A DNA stretch of 64,000 nucleotides, from contig NC_069003.1 in NCBI RefSeq assembly GCF_001194135.2, positions 37,418,265 to 37,482,264 on the forward strand, in the 5' to 3' direction. A program made the translations under genes and the position numbers. The DNA comes from Octopus bimaculoides (Eukaryota). The notes beneath the pieces are model-generated. The model saw only the letters and a program-made list of their open reading frames with translations. It was not told where the DNA came from and did no database searches. This document shows, piece after piece, positions 37,110-49,149 of this stretch; the stretch's first letter is position 1, and each line of letters opens with the position of its first letter.

Positions 37110-38213
37110 GCCGTGTGTTTGTGTTGTAGTGGAAATGGTATTCCCCTTCCCATGTATCAGTGTCAGAGAGGTCAGCAGAAGTAGAGTCATTGTATGAGTT
37201 CTCAGTTGGAGTCAGTGTCAGTTCCATGTGATATACGAGTTTGAGTTCCTGCCAAAGTAGCTGTTTAAGAGTCATTGTCTAGCAGATGAGCCTCATCCCG
37301 AAAGATCTGTAGAGCTCAACCAGGATGTCCTGCAAACCCTGGGGGAACAAAATTCCATAATAACTGTTGAGGAATTAGCAGAGGAGTTTGGATTTGGACA
37401 TTCAACCATTCATCAACACCTTCATGCCATTGGAAAAGTCAGGAAATTGGGTCAATGGGTTCCTCACAAACTTTCCAAGTTTAATCGCATGCATAGAATG
37501 AATGTATGCTCTTCTTTGCTGTTGCATCACATGAATGAACCTTTTTGGACCGAATAGTGACAAGTGACAAGAAATGGGTTCTCTATAAAAATGTCAAGTG
37601 CCTAGGACATTGGGTAAGGAAAGGAGAAACACTGGCACCCCAGGCTAAAGAAGGTCTTCACCCATGTAAGTTGTTGTTAACTCTTTTGTAGAATATGAAA
37701 GGTTTAGTCCAGTTTGAACTTTTAAACCCAAACCAAATGAAAAGAAAGAAGATCTACTGTGAGCAGCTTGAGTGGCTTAAGTCAGCGCTAGAAGAAAAAT
37801 GACCATCTTTGGTTTCAAGGCAAAAGGTATTCTTCCATCAGGATAATGCTCAGCGACATACAGGGAGGATGACATTCCAAAGGCTGGAACAGTTTGAATG
37901 GGAAACGGTGCCCCACCCACCATATTCACCAGACATTGTCCCATCTGATTATCATTTATTCTGTAATCTTCAAAATCATTTGGATGGAAAAATATGAATC
38001 CTGTAGACAAGGTCAAAACAATACTAGAGGACTATTTTTCATGAAAGATATGTGAATTTTGGAAGAGGGGCTTTGCAAGTCTACCAGATAGATGAAAGAG
38101 CATTGTAGAAAATGAAGGAGAGAATATTTTAGATTAAAAAAGAACTTTGCTTATCTTAATTTTGAAAAATAAAAGAAGTATAAAAAAAATCAACATTATT
38201 TATGGGATGACAG
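37110..38213 (+). mobile_element. Mariner (Mos1/Hsmar-like) transposase pseudogene inside a gene B intron
   Basis: WVPHKLS, RIVTSDKKWVLY, FFHQDNAQRH, HPPYSPDIVPSDYHLF with stops and frameshifts. Confidence 0.88.
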
Positions 38214-38637
38214 AAAAGTTAAATAAAGAAGAACCAATCAATTCTATGTGCAAACCTCCTGTATTTCTTGCACAACTAGAGACCTCATACACTGAATAAA
38301 GAAGTGCACATTGGTTTGATGGTTACAGCATCACATTGCCTTTCCTTTTACAACTACAGAACTTGTGATTAATTTAAAAGAATTAATCAATGCTGTGTTT
38401 GAAACTTTTATTTAATTCAGCCACATTTATGATCAACCATGAGGGTTAATCATAATGTGATATATTTAGAAATAGTTATGGAGGGGAATGGCACAATATC
38501 TCATTGCTTTTTCACCTTAAAACTACAAAATAAAAAGAACTAATTAGTGTTACGAAGAACTAATTAGTGTTACGAAGAACTAATTAGTGTTACGAAGAAC
38601 TAATTAGTGTTATGCTTGATTTTTTTTTTCCTTTCAG

Positions 38638-38823
38638 ACTCATCACAGCCACCAAAACGACCTAAACAAGTTGGGGACATGAGTGTACAGACTGATAATG
38701 AAACTAGCAAATCAAAGATAACTCAGGCAGACAAGCATGGACATGTGTATATCAATGTGAAGGTACCTCCTCACACCTGTACCCTGCAGACAGCTAATCC
38801 CAACTTAGACAAGAGCACTCAAG
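38638..38823 (+). CDS. Gene B repeat exon 10 (GDMSVQTD; VYINVKVPPHTC)
   Basis: cctttcAG|actca ... actcaag|GTaact; 186 nt, phase 1-1. Confidence 0.85.
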
Positions 38824-39084
38824 GTAACTAAACTCCCTTGCATTCAGTTCAGCTGTGTGTCTGCCTGCCTATCAATTTGAAGGATTGCCTCTTTGATCAT
38901 CTGACCACCAGCTCAATTATATATCTGTCTGTTTGTCTATTAACTGGTCTTTGTATCTATCTCTTCATCAGTCTGGCTGCATGTCTAACAGTCTGTCTCA
39001 CATAAATACAGTCAAATCATCCAACCCATGCCAGCATGGAAAGTGGATGTTAAACGATGATGATGATGATACACACACATACAC

Positions 39085-39127
<43 letters not shown>

Positions 39128-39192
39128 CATACATGCACATATAATGGTTTAATGATGAACTAATCAGTGCTATATTTTATCTTTAATTTCAG

Positions 39193-39399
39193 CCACCCGA
39201 AAGCAATCAAAACCAGCTACATATAAGGGTGAAGGTATGCAGACCAGTATGGCATCTACTGACGATTCAAAGATGATACAGACTAAAAATCAGTATTATG
39301 TACTCCCAGATGGCACACCTTTCTATATCACTTTGAACACAGCTTCTGTCACCAATCAACAAGCAGCAACACAACCCAACTCTGTTGGCAAAAGTCCAG
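39193..39399 (+). CDS. Gene B repeat exon 11 (KGEGMQTS)
   Basis: ttaatttcAG|ccacc ... agtccag|GTaact; 207 nt, phase 1-1. Confidence 0.8.
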
Positions 39400-41644
39400 G
39401 TAACTAACAAATATGTAACATAGAAATGGAGAGAAGTTTTGAAATCAGCATGAAAAATTAGTCTCAAAGAGTTGGTCTGCATTCATGATGAGTATAATAC
39501 ATTTAATTTTGTTGGCCAGTGTTATCAATCCGATTGCTTGTCTGTCTGTTTGATCATCTGACTTCCCTTTTACTTGCCCACTTCACTGTTTAACTGTCTA
39601 ATTATCTGTCTAGCTGTCTGCCTTCTAGGCACTGCCTGCCTCCACCTGTCTCCAAGAGCCTATGTTTTACTGTCTGTGTGATTGATAGCTTACATCCACA
39701 TTGAGGGGGGGGGGCTTCTGAAAGTAATTCTGAGAATAATGAAAAACATTTAAAATGGACTATGAAAATAGGAAACTTCCCAACATAAATATTGTAGAAA
39801 TCAGTTTATTTAAGGATAAATAATCTTTATTAAGGATTATATCATTAAAGACAAAAAAATAACCTGTATACATACTTCAAATCTCCAGCATTAACACATA
39901 TTCCTGCAAACAACTCATGCATAAGACACATGTATACACATGGTAGTTACATAGTACATACACAATATGTGCAACTCACATGCATGCATACACACACATA
40001 CAAGATACATATACATGCATTCAGACTACCACACATACATAGCACAAACACAGCAAATGCAAACACGAACAAGTTTGGCACAAACACATCACACAGACAT
40101 GAAATAATTATAGGAAAGTGGTTATACACCATTAGGTGTACACCCGCTTTCCTATNNNNNNNNNNNNNNNNNNNNNNNNNNNNNNNNNNNNNNNNNNNNN
40201 NNNNNNNNNNNNNNNNNNNNNNNNNNNNNNNNNNNNNNNNNNNNNNNNNNNNNNNCTATATTAAATTCTAAATAAACAACGAAACGCTGACTCCGAACTA
40301 TCAACGCAACAATATTTATTTATGGTGAAAATTTGTGAAGCTCTGGTGCTGACATGTTAGAGAGCTCCGCTGTTGGACATCTGTCCTCGTCACCGGCCGG
40401 CGAGAAAAGAGAAAGAATCAGGGCACCAAACTTGGATATTGATGACTACGCATGCGCACAAGACAAGGCTTACTACATAATCATTAAAAACTAGATATTT
40501 ATGCCTAAAAGAAGAGAAAAGGTCATGCAGACCGAAATCAGCTGTGATCGAACTGCTAACCACTCATGTACATCTGCCACTGAAAGTGATTCCATTATAC
40601 CTTGTGTACTTATAGTTCACATTGTCTACACTGTATGGAGTCAACTCCTTTCCTGCATAATAAATAAAAACCATTTCTCTGAGGGTAGCAGAGTTGTCTC
40701 TGCTTTTCAGTTGACTAAAACTTTAGTTGATGTCAAGTTTATTCTGAACTGTCTTGATTTTAGGTTTGGCTTCTTCCAGGTCTAGAATTCTTCTCTACGT
40801 CTGCTCTAAGGAGTAGGTTATCAGCATATAGGAGTGGCCATGGACGGCTGGTCTTAATCTTCTCTGTAATATCTTAAAGAACTCTAACTGGGAGCCAAGT
40901 CATGTGGAACATCTTTTTGCATGCTAAATTCCCCATTATCAACTCTCACTTTTCTACTTGCTAAAACTTTGGTCTTTGCCTCGATCAATCCTTATTGCTA
41001 GAACTATAATTGCAGTCGTCATGTCCTTCAACCTGGTCATCATGGTGCTTCCCAAAATAAGCAATGAAAGTCACTAGTCAAAGACATTCCGTTGAGGTGA
41101 TTCACAAAAAGGGCCTCATAAAACCCACTCCTTTTGCTCATTAGACAGTTCTGTTTATGGTACATATGCAAAGATAATAATTGCTGTTGCTTTACCTGCA
41201 ATTAGCCGAAACTTAATTATTCTCTTACATTCTGTATACTTTAATTACATTACCTGTCCAATCTTCCCCCACCAGTATTCCTCTCGTAAACCAACGTTGT
41301 TACCTGCCCCTCCAAAGTATGTACCTGGTTTCATTACTGAAGTTCCTTTTGCATGCCATTTACTGTAGACATCTACTTGCCCCCACTCCGGCATCTCTGT
41401 ACTTGCACAATTTTACCTTTCATTGTGTAGACGGAGATAATTACAACCTTGGGTTGTGACTAGTTTAATCCTCAAGGTCTGTCCTCTGCATTTGAAAGAA
41501 ATGTGCATGTACTTAATGATGGTCAAGAGGTTCATGCACACTGTCATGTTTTTACCCTAACCATCCTATTATCATGTGTAGCATTAGCACGGTAAGGGCT
41601 AATCCCTCTCTCTCAGTTCAGCTATGTTTGATCTCTAATTTCAG

Positions 41645-41854
41645 CCGCTCAAAAGCAATCAAAACCAGCTACATATAATAAGGATGTAGGCATGCAGACC
41701 AGTATGACATCTACTGACGATTCAAAGATGATACAGACTAAAAATCAGCATTATGTACTCCCAGATGGCACACCTGTCTATATCACTTTGAACACACCTT
41801 CTCTCACCTGTCAACAAGCAACAACACAACCCAACTCTGTTGGCAAAACTCCAG
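41645..41854 (+). CDS. Gene B repeat exon 12 (KDVGMQTS)
   Basis: ctaatttcAG|ccgct ... actccag|GTaact; 210 nt, phase 1-1. Confidence 0.8.
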
Positions 41855-42445
41855 GTAACTAACAACAAGCTACTCCTGTGTGATTATGTCAGATTACTTG
41901 TCAAATTGTGTGTCTAATCCCCTGATTACACTGGTCAGCAAGTATTTTTCATCAAGCATATGTCAAGGTGTACCTAGTGTAGTTTTTAACACTGGTTTCA
42001 AATATAGAAATTAGATTTTTGACATCATGTACAGATCAGGAAGTTTTTTGGTTCTAACTCATGCATTATCAAGAAATTCCAATTAATGACGTGTATGCAT
42101 GCATTTCATTTACTTCATGGAAAAATACCTTTAAAATAAACTATGTTATTCATTGCTGCATAGTTCAGATGCAGTATTTCATCTTCTTAAATTAAACAAT
42201 CAAGTTTTGTCTGATGAAATGGGTATTGTATTGCTAAAAATGATATTGTATCCATATGTGTTCCATAATGGCATCGCATCCGGAAGTATTTGGTTAGAGT
42301 TCTAGAGTGAACCTTTTAAGTACACAGCTGTACCTGTACATGTATCAATGTGTGTGTGTGTGTGTGTGCACGCGAGTGTATGAGTGTGTGTATATGTACA
42401 TGCATATACATATATATACACACATATATACATACATATGTATAC

Positions 42446-42478
<33 letters not shown>

Positions 42479-42783
42479 NNNNNNNNNNNNNNNNNNNNNN
42501 NNNNNNNNNNNNNNNNNNNNNNNNNNNNNNNNNNNNNNNNNNNNNNNNNNNNNNNNNNNNNNNNNNNNNNNNNNNNNNNNNNNNNNNNNNNNNNNNNNNN
42601 NNNNNNNNNNNNNNNNNNNNNNNNNNNNNNNNNNNNNNNNNNNNNNNNNNNNNNNNNNNNNNNNNNNNNNNNNNNNNNNNNNNNNNNNNATATATATATA
42701 TATATATATACATGCATACATATATGCATATATAATGGTTTAATGATGAACTAATCAGTGCTATATTTGATCTTTAATTTCAG

Positions 42784-42993
42784 GCACCCGAAAGCAATCA
42801 AAACCAGCTACATATAATAAGGATGAAGGTATGCAGACCAGTATGGCATCTACTGACGATTCAAAGATGATACAGACTAAAAATCAACATTATGTACTCC
42901 CAGATGGCACACCTGTCTATATCACTTTGAACACACCTTCTCACACCTGTCAACAAGCAACAACACAACCCAACACCATTGGCAAAACTTCAG
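42784..42993 (+). CDS. Gene B repeat exon 13 (KDEGMQTS)
   Basis: ttaatttcAG|gcacc ... acttcag|GTaact; 210 nt, phase 1-1. Confidence 0.8.
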
Positions 42994-43560
42994 GTAACTA
43001 ACAACAAGCTACTCCTGTGTGATTATGTCAGATTGTGTGTCTAATCCTCTGATCATCAATCCGATTGCTTGTCTGTCTGTTTGATCATCTGACTTCCCTT
43101 TTACTTGCCCACTTCACTGTTTAACTGTCTAATTATCTGTCTAGCTGTCTGCCTTCTAGGCACTGCCTGCCTCCACCTGTCTCCAAGAGCCTATGTTTTA
43201 CTGTCTGTGTGATTGATAGCTTACATCCACATTGGGGGGGGGGGCTTCTGAAAGTAATTCTGAGAATAATGAAAAACATTTAAAATGGACTATGAAAATA
43301 GGAAACTTCCCAACATAAATATTGTAGAAATCAGTATATTTAAGGATAAATAATCTTTATTAAGGATTATATCATTAAAGACAAAAAAATAACCTGTATA
43401 CATACTTCAAATCTCCAGCATTAACACATATTCCTGCAAACAACTCATGCATAAGACACATGTATACACATGGTAGTTACCTGCACATGTACCCATATGT
43501 GTGTTCTTGTGTGTGTGTGTACATGCATACATATAGATATATACATGCATACATGCATAG

Positions 43561-43805
43561 TGAAAAAGAGAACACCTATTCTGAACTATTGAGAAATCTG
43601 CAGTCACTCTATCCAGATTACAAGTTCAGATTTATACCTGTGATTATTGGAGAACTTGGGTATATTACACACTGCCTAAATACCAATCCTGAGAAATTAG
43701 GCTTCTAAAAATCAGAAAGGAGAAAACTAATTCGAAGACTACAGATCCAGTCCATCACTGGAACTGTAAAAATCTGTAAAACTTTTGCAGAAATTTATCA
43801 TTTAA
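43561..43805 (+). mobile_element. R4/Dong-like LINE 3' (restriction-like endonuclease) fragment
   Basis: EKENTYSELLRNLQSLYPDYKFRFIPVIIGELG...LQIQSITGTVKICKTF. Confidence 0.7.
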
Positions 43806-44112
43806 ATATATATAATCATGTCTAGATATGCAAATATATGCATGAGAATACATACAGAAAACAAAACATACAAATCTGCACATATACATACATATATACA
43901 CACAAAAATACCCTGTTGTTGATGTTGAAATTTCAATGAAAGAGCCTTGGATCTAGGTTAGAAACTGGCTCTTTCTCTGTTGGCAAGAAATCTTGAAATA
44001 AAAATGAACAATGACGTACATACATACATACAAACATCCATACATACAAGTATACACACACACATACATACACGCATGCAAGTGTGTGTGTGTGTGTGTG
44101 CCTATGTATGTA

Positions 44113-44755
44113 TGTGAGGCCTAACCAACAGGTATCGGGACTGGTGTTATAAAAACAAAACTACAACATGTACCAATTTGGCCTTTAATCTACTTCAAAG
44201 TAGTCCCCTTCAGAAGCCACACACTTAATCCAGCATTGTTTCCATTGATGGAAGCATTCCTGGAACTCATTTTCTGGGATAATCAGCAGATGCCTTGTGG
44301 CATTCACTTTGATTTCCTCAATATCCTGAAATCTTCTCTCTTTCAAGCGAGATCTGATTTTTGGTAAGAGGAAAGAGTTGCAAGGGGCAGGATCTGGGGA
44401 ATACAGTGGCTGTTGGGCCTGGGGAATGTTGGGCCTGGGGAATGCTGTGCCTCGACAAAAACTGCTGCACTGCATGGGTAGGTGCATTGCCATGGTGCAA
44501 TTACCTCTCACTGAACGCATGCAGTTGTGGCCTTTTCCGATGCATAGCATCCTGCAATCACTGCTAAACGCCACGGCAGTACTCTTTGTTTCCTCTTGGC
44601 CAGCTGGAGCCTACTCATCATGAATAATCCCCTTGAAGAAAATGGTCAACAGTTTCTTCACATTGCTTCAGTCTCGGAGAGGTTGGGAGTCTTCCACTGC
44701 AAAGATTGAGCCTCTGTTTTGGGGTCATAGCCATAGACACATGATTCATCACCCA
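44113..44755 (-). mobile_element. Mariner relic (3' half)
   Basis: HHGNAPTH, YSPDPAPCNSFLLPKIRSRLKERRFQDIEEIK...FQECFHQWK...CVASEGDYFE. Confidence 0.85.
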
Positions 44756-44779
44756 TTATGACTGTTTCTTTATTTTCAG

Positions 44780-44989
44780 CTGCCCAAAAGCAATCAAAAC
44801 CAGCTACATTTAATAAAGATGTAGGCATGCAGACCAGTATGACATCTACTGACGATTCAAAGATGATACAGACTAAAAATCAGCATTATGTACTCCCAGA
44901 TGGCACACCTGTCTATATCACTTTGAACGCACCTTCTCTCACCTGTCAACAAGCAACAACACAACCCAACACCATTGGCAAAAGTCCAG
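44780..44989 (+). CDS. Gene B repeat exon 14 (KDVGMQTS)
   Basis: tattttcAG|ctgcc ... agtccag|GTaact; 210 nt, phase 1-1. Confidence 0.8.
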
Positions 44990-45758
44990 GTAACTAACAA
45001 CAAGCTACTCCTGTGTGATTACGTCAGATTGTCTAATCCTCTGATCATCAATCCGATTGCTTGTCTGCCTTTTGCTTGCCTACTTCACTGTTTAATTTCT
45101 TCTCTCTCTCTCATGTGTATGTATGTATGTATTTATGTGTGTGTGTATATGTGTATGTTTGTATGTGGGGTCACTTATGAGGCTCTCATAAGTGCTACTG
45201 GTAACATGTAATCCAGTACAACCTGTTGCATGGTCGGGTTGCCGGCAACTAAACTGGCACCCCCACCAGGCTACCCTGGTGAGGGGGTTGCTAGAAACCC
45301 AACAGGATTAAAAACAAGACCTGTTGAAAGCTCGGATGGACCTAGTGCAGGCTCAACGGCTATCTGGCAATAGCACGGGTACGCAGAAATACCGGGATGG
45401 TGTCCGGCGTGCTGAAAGACCACTGGGAGTGAGGCACCCCTCAGCTTTTGTTGAAGCATGTTTATGTGGGGAAATATCTGTTTGCTTGAAAACAGGTGAT
45501 AGGAAGGGTATCATGTAGAAAACTTGCCACAATGAACTCTGAGACCCATGTAAGCATAGAGAATGGACCTTAAAATGATGATGATGACGACGATGATAAT
45601 GATGATGATAATGGCTACCCCGATCCAGAATTGAAGACAGAAATATTTCAGTTCATGAATGTCACACCATCCCATTGTCTCTTCTCTTTTAACAACAGAA
45701 CTTAGTGATTTAGTGAAAAACTAATCAACTCCATCTTCAATTTTTTTTAAAATTTCAG

Positions 45759-45965
45759 CCAGTCCAGCCCAGTCAAAGAGATCTAGACTGAAGGAGGATG
45801 TAGGTGTGCAGGCTGATGAGATATCTGACAATTCAAAGATGACACAGGTCAACAGTCAGAACTATGTGCTTCCAGATGGCTCGCCCCTCCAGTTCACTTT
45901 CAACAGGCCACCTAACACTCATCCAAAAGCAACAGTGCAACCTACTTTGAATAGAAAAATTCCAG
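45759..45965 (+). CDS. Gene B repeat exon 15 (EDVGVQAD); last exon found, no stop codon
   Basis: aaatttcAG|ccagt ... attccag|GTaact; 207 nt, phase 1-1. Confidence 0.8.
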
Positions 45966-47017
45966 GTAACTAAACCACCTGTTTCTCTGTGCAGCTGTGT
46001 GTCTACCTACTAATTGTCTGATTTAATCTCTTATCTGCCAGCTTGCTTGGTTGCCTGTCTAATCATTTATCAGTTCATTTGTACCTCTGTTTATCTGAAT
46101 GTCGGGCCTGCTGGCCTGACTACCTGTCTCACTGTCTGTCTGTCTTTTGGTTTGTGTGTCAATTTGATCATTTGACTCCCTGTCTCTCTGTCTGCCTCCT
46201 GACTGTTTGCCTGCCTGTTTATCTGTTTGTCTGTTAGATAGACTTGTTATCTACATTTTAATATTTTCCGTGGCTACTTTGCTTATCACTGTCTGGCTGT
46301 CTCTTTGTCTCTGTTCAACTGACAGAATGATCATTTGTGTTTTTGTCCATCAGCCTAGACATATAATACTACTGTCTGCTTTCTGTACATACATATGATT
46401 AATGGCCTGCCTTTCACTGTTTGTATGCCTGTCAATCTACACCAACATTGGAGTTATCTTTCATTAAAGAAATGCTAAAAGTATTTTAAAATATTTCAAA
46501 AACAACCCCCCACAAAATAGGAATCTCATTCACACAAATATTGTCGAAAATAGCTTATTTAGGAGAATATACATCCTTATAAGGATTATATCAATACAGA
46601 AAAATAACCTTACACAAGGAAACTGTTCATCCGTGTAGAAACTGTTATATGTACAAACATAGCGCATATACAAACACACACACACCACACATATGAATAC
46701 ACATGCACACACATAATGTACACGCCCATCCAAGTCATAAATACATAATACATTCAAGGTGCACACATACATGTTTTGTACAAACATATCACATACACAT
46801 AGGGATGTGTTGTTGAAAATAAGATATTTATTTACACATATTACTGATACTGCTGTGAGAGGTGAATAAACAATATCACAGGCTGAAAAACATTAGCAAA
46901 TATGAGTTTTTCTAAACATTCCATTAAGTATCTTCCAATATTCAACAACCCTGGCAACTGAACTCAATACCACCAGGCGTTTTATCTGGTGCTCTACTGT
47001 TTCTGACAGTGGCCACC

Positions 47018-47048
<31 letters not shown>

Positions 47049-47050
<2 letters not shown>

Positions 47051-47270
47051 CCTAATAACTGATGTATCAATCGTAACAGATGACAATATATTTCTAAAAG
47101 AAATAGAGAAACTATTGAACTGCTAAGATATAGAAATCAAAATAACTCAAATGTGGAGCCTGGAAACAGAAACAATCCCGATAATAATAAACGCTTCAGA
47201 TGTGATAAAAAAACATGCAAACAAATACATAGCAAAAACACAAGGACCTATGAATATACATAACTTACAA
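47049..47270 (+). mobile_element. R4-like LINE endonuclease fragment
   Basis: DVSIVTDDNIFLKEIEK...EIKITQMWSLETETIPIII. Confidence 0.6.
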
Positions 47271-48347
47271 CCCTTGACCCTGAAAAGATGAAAAGCAAAG
47301 TTGACCTCAGCAGGATTTGAACTCAAAATGTAAAGGGACAGAAAAATATAGCAAAGCATTTTTCTAACATGCTGAGGATTCTACCAGCTGCTGTTATTGT
47401 TGCTTTTATAAGTTTCCCCCCTTTTTGTAGCATGTTGGTGCTGCTGTTTTAGGGTTGACAGCAGTGCCAACCTTATATATTTTGCCCTCTGCTGTGGACA
47501 GTAGATCCTTAGGTTGTGATTGGTACCACATATGTAGTATTTAAGTCTTTCCCTTTCTACACGCAAAAGCAGATGGTTACTGTTTGGGAGCTTGATCAGA
47601 CTGGAAATGCTTTCAAGTTTTTCCTGGTACATTTGGATCAGAAGCTCCATCCCTTTTCCTGATCAGCTCCGATCCTCTCCAAGATGACTACCTTGTCCTT
47701 CACATCGATCAAAATCACTACCACCACTCATCTGGTGTTTATTTCCAGCAGCATTATTCAACATCCTCATTATCACTGACTTGCCTATGTATGAACAATG
47801 ACAATGAACTATCCACTGTTGATTAAGGCAGGATTGGCGCTTTACTTTGTCTTCGGTGAGGAATTTAAACATCCATTGTTCCACATCACCAGGATTGGTA
47901 GCTGTTCCTCTATAGCCACACTTCTCTGAAACATTCTTCCACCAGCACATATTGCCTGTGCACCAACATTTATGCCGATACATATTACGATGAATTTTTT
48001 TACATTCTACATCAAATGGAATGGCTGATAATGACTTTTCTGCCATATTCTTGTATGAACTCTGATTTCTTTCAATTGTTTTCTCTGTGAATCAATTGTT
48101 CTGTGGGTCCAGCTTCACCAACAAAGGAGTTAATCCCAGCAGCAGCAGCCGCCTTTCAATAGCTTCTGTTGTTGCTACAGGCTGCTTCAGTGGAAGAGAG
48201 GATGGTGTTGAGGTAATTTTAGATGTTGCTATTATTTTTGCCACTTGCCATGTTATTGTTGTTGTGGTTGCTGCAGTTGCAATCAGCATTGCTATTTTTA
48301 ATTGTGTTGTTTTACTATTTCTTTCTTATTGGCTGCCATATGGTGTC

Positions 48348-48494
48348 ATGCCCTGCTCTCCATCCAAGGAGGATGAAGTGCTGTTGCCACAAATAAGCTT
48401 GTTGACAACCAAGATTTCAAAGGAAATGTTCATCAACTGCCAAAACTCACCACTTTCAAAGTGTTGTGTTTCCAAGAAAACGGAAATCAAGTAA
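48348..48494 (+). CDS. Candidate 48-aa Cys-containing small ORF (MPCSPSKEDEV...KCCVSKKTEIK); could instead be a conserved 3'-end cassette
   Basis: Diverged paralogue at 27013-27169 ends at the same AAG TAA; AATAAA follows in both copies (48516, 27193). Confidence 0.3.
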   Translation: MPCSPSKEDEVLLPQISLLTTKISKEMFINCQNSPLSKCCVSKKTEIK

Positions 48495-49149
48495 ATAGGA
48501 ATGGCAAAAAAAGTCAATAAAACAATATAACAACATCTACACAAACAGTATTTGTTTGAAATTTATATATTCATTTCTCTCTCTCTTTTTCCTTTTATTT
48601 ATTTTTTTTATCACACTCTGCCTTTACATATATAAAATATAAATGTAAATATGTAAGTATATCAATTTACAATACCAGGAGGTCTTAAATTTCTCGACCA
48701 AACAGAATCCGAAACAAAATTAGGTATAAAACATTGGTGATAACATGATTTAGAATCCTAGTGGAAACCTGATGAGTAGCAAAGGAAGCAAACTAGAAAC
48801 CAAAAATCATCAAACAGCACTTGGAATAAACTTTTGGTAATACAGAGTTAAATATTAAACAATTTTAAAAATATACATGCATAAGACCAGCAGTCTCTCC
48901 TCTCCATGCCATGAAATGTTATCCAAAGGAAAGGCAAAGGCACCAAGTGACGTCGCAACTCATTTCTACAGCTGAGTGAACTGGAGCAAGGTGAAGTAAA
49001 GTGTCTTGCTCAAGAACACAACAGAAAAGCCTGGGAATTAAATTCACTATTTCTTGATTTTGAGCCTGACCCCCTCACCACTGAGCCCTGCGTCTTCACA
49101 CACACACACACATTGATTAGTTATAGGACTAAATAAAATCAACACATAA

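Noticed and set aside
33487-45965. Regularly spaced repeats as a CRISPR-like array
   Set aside because: Eukaryotic spliced exons with homologous, not unique, spacers; no cas genes.
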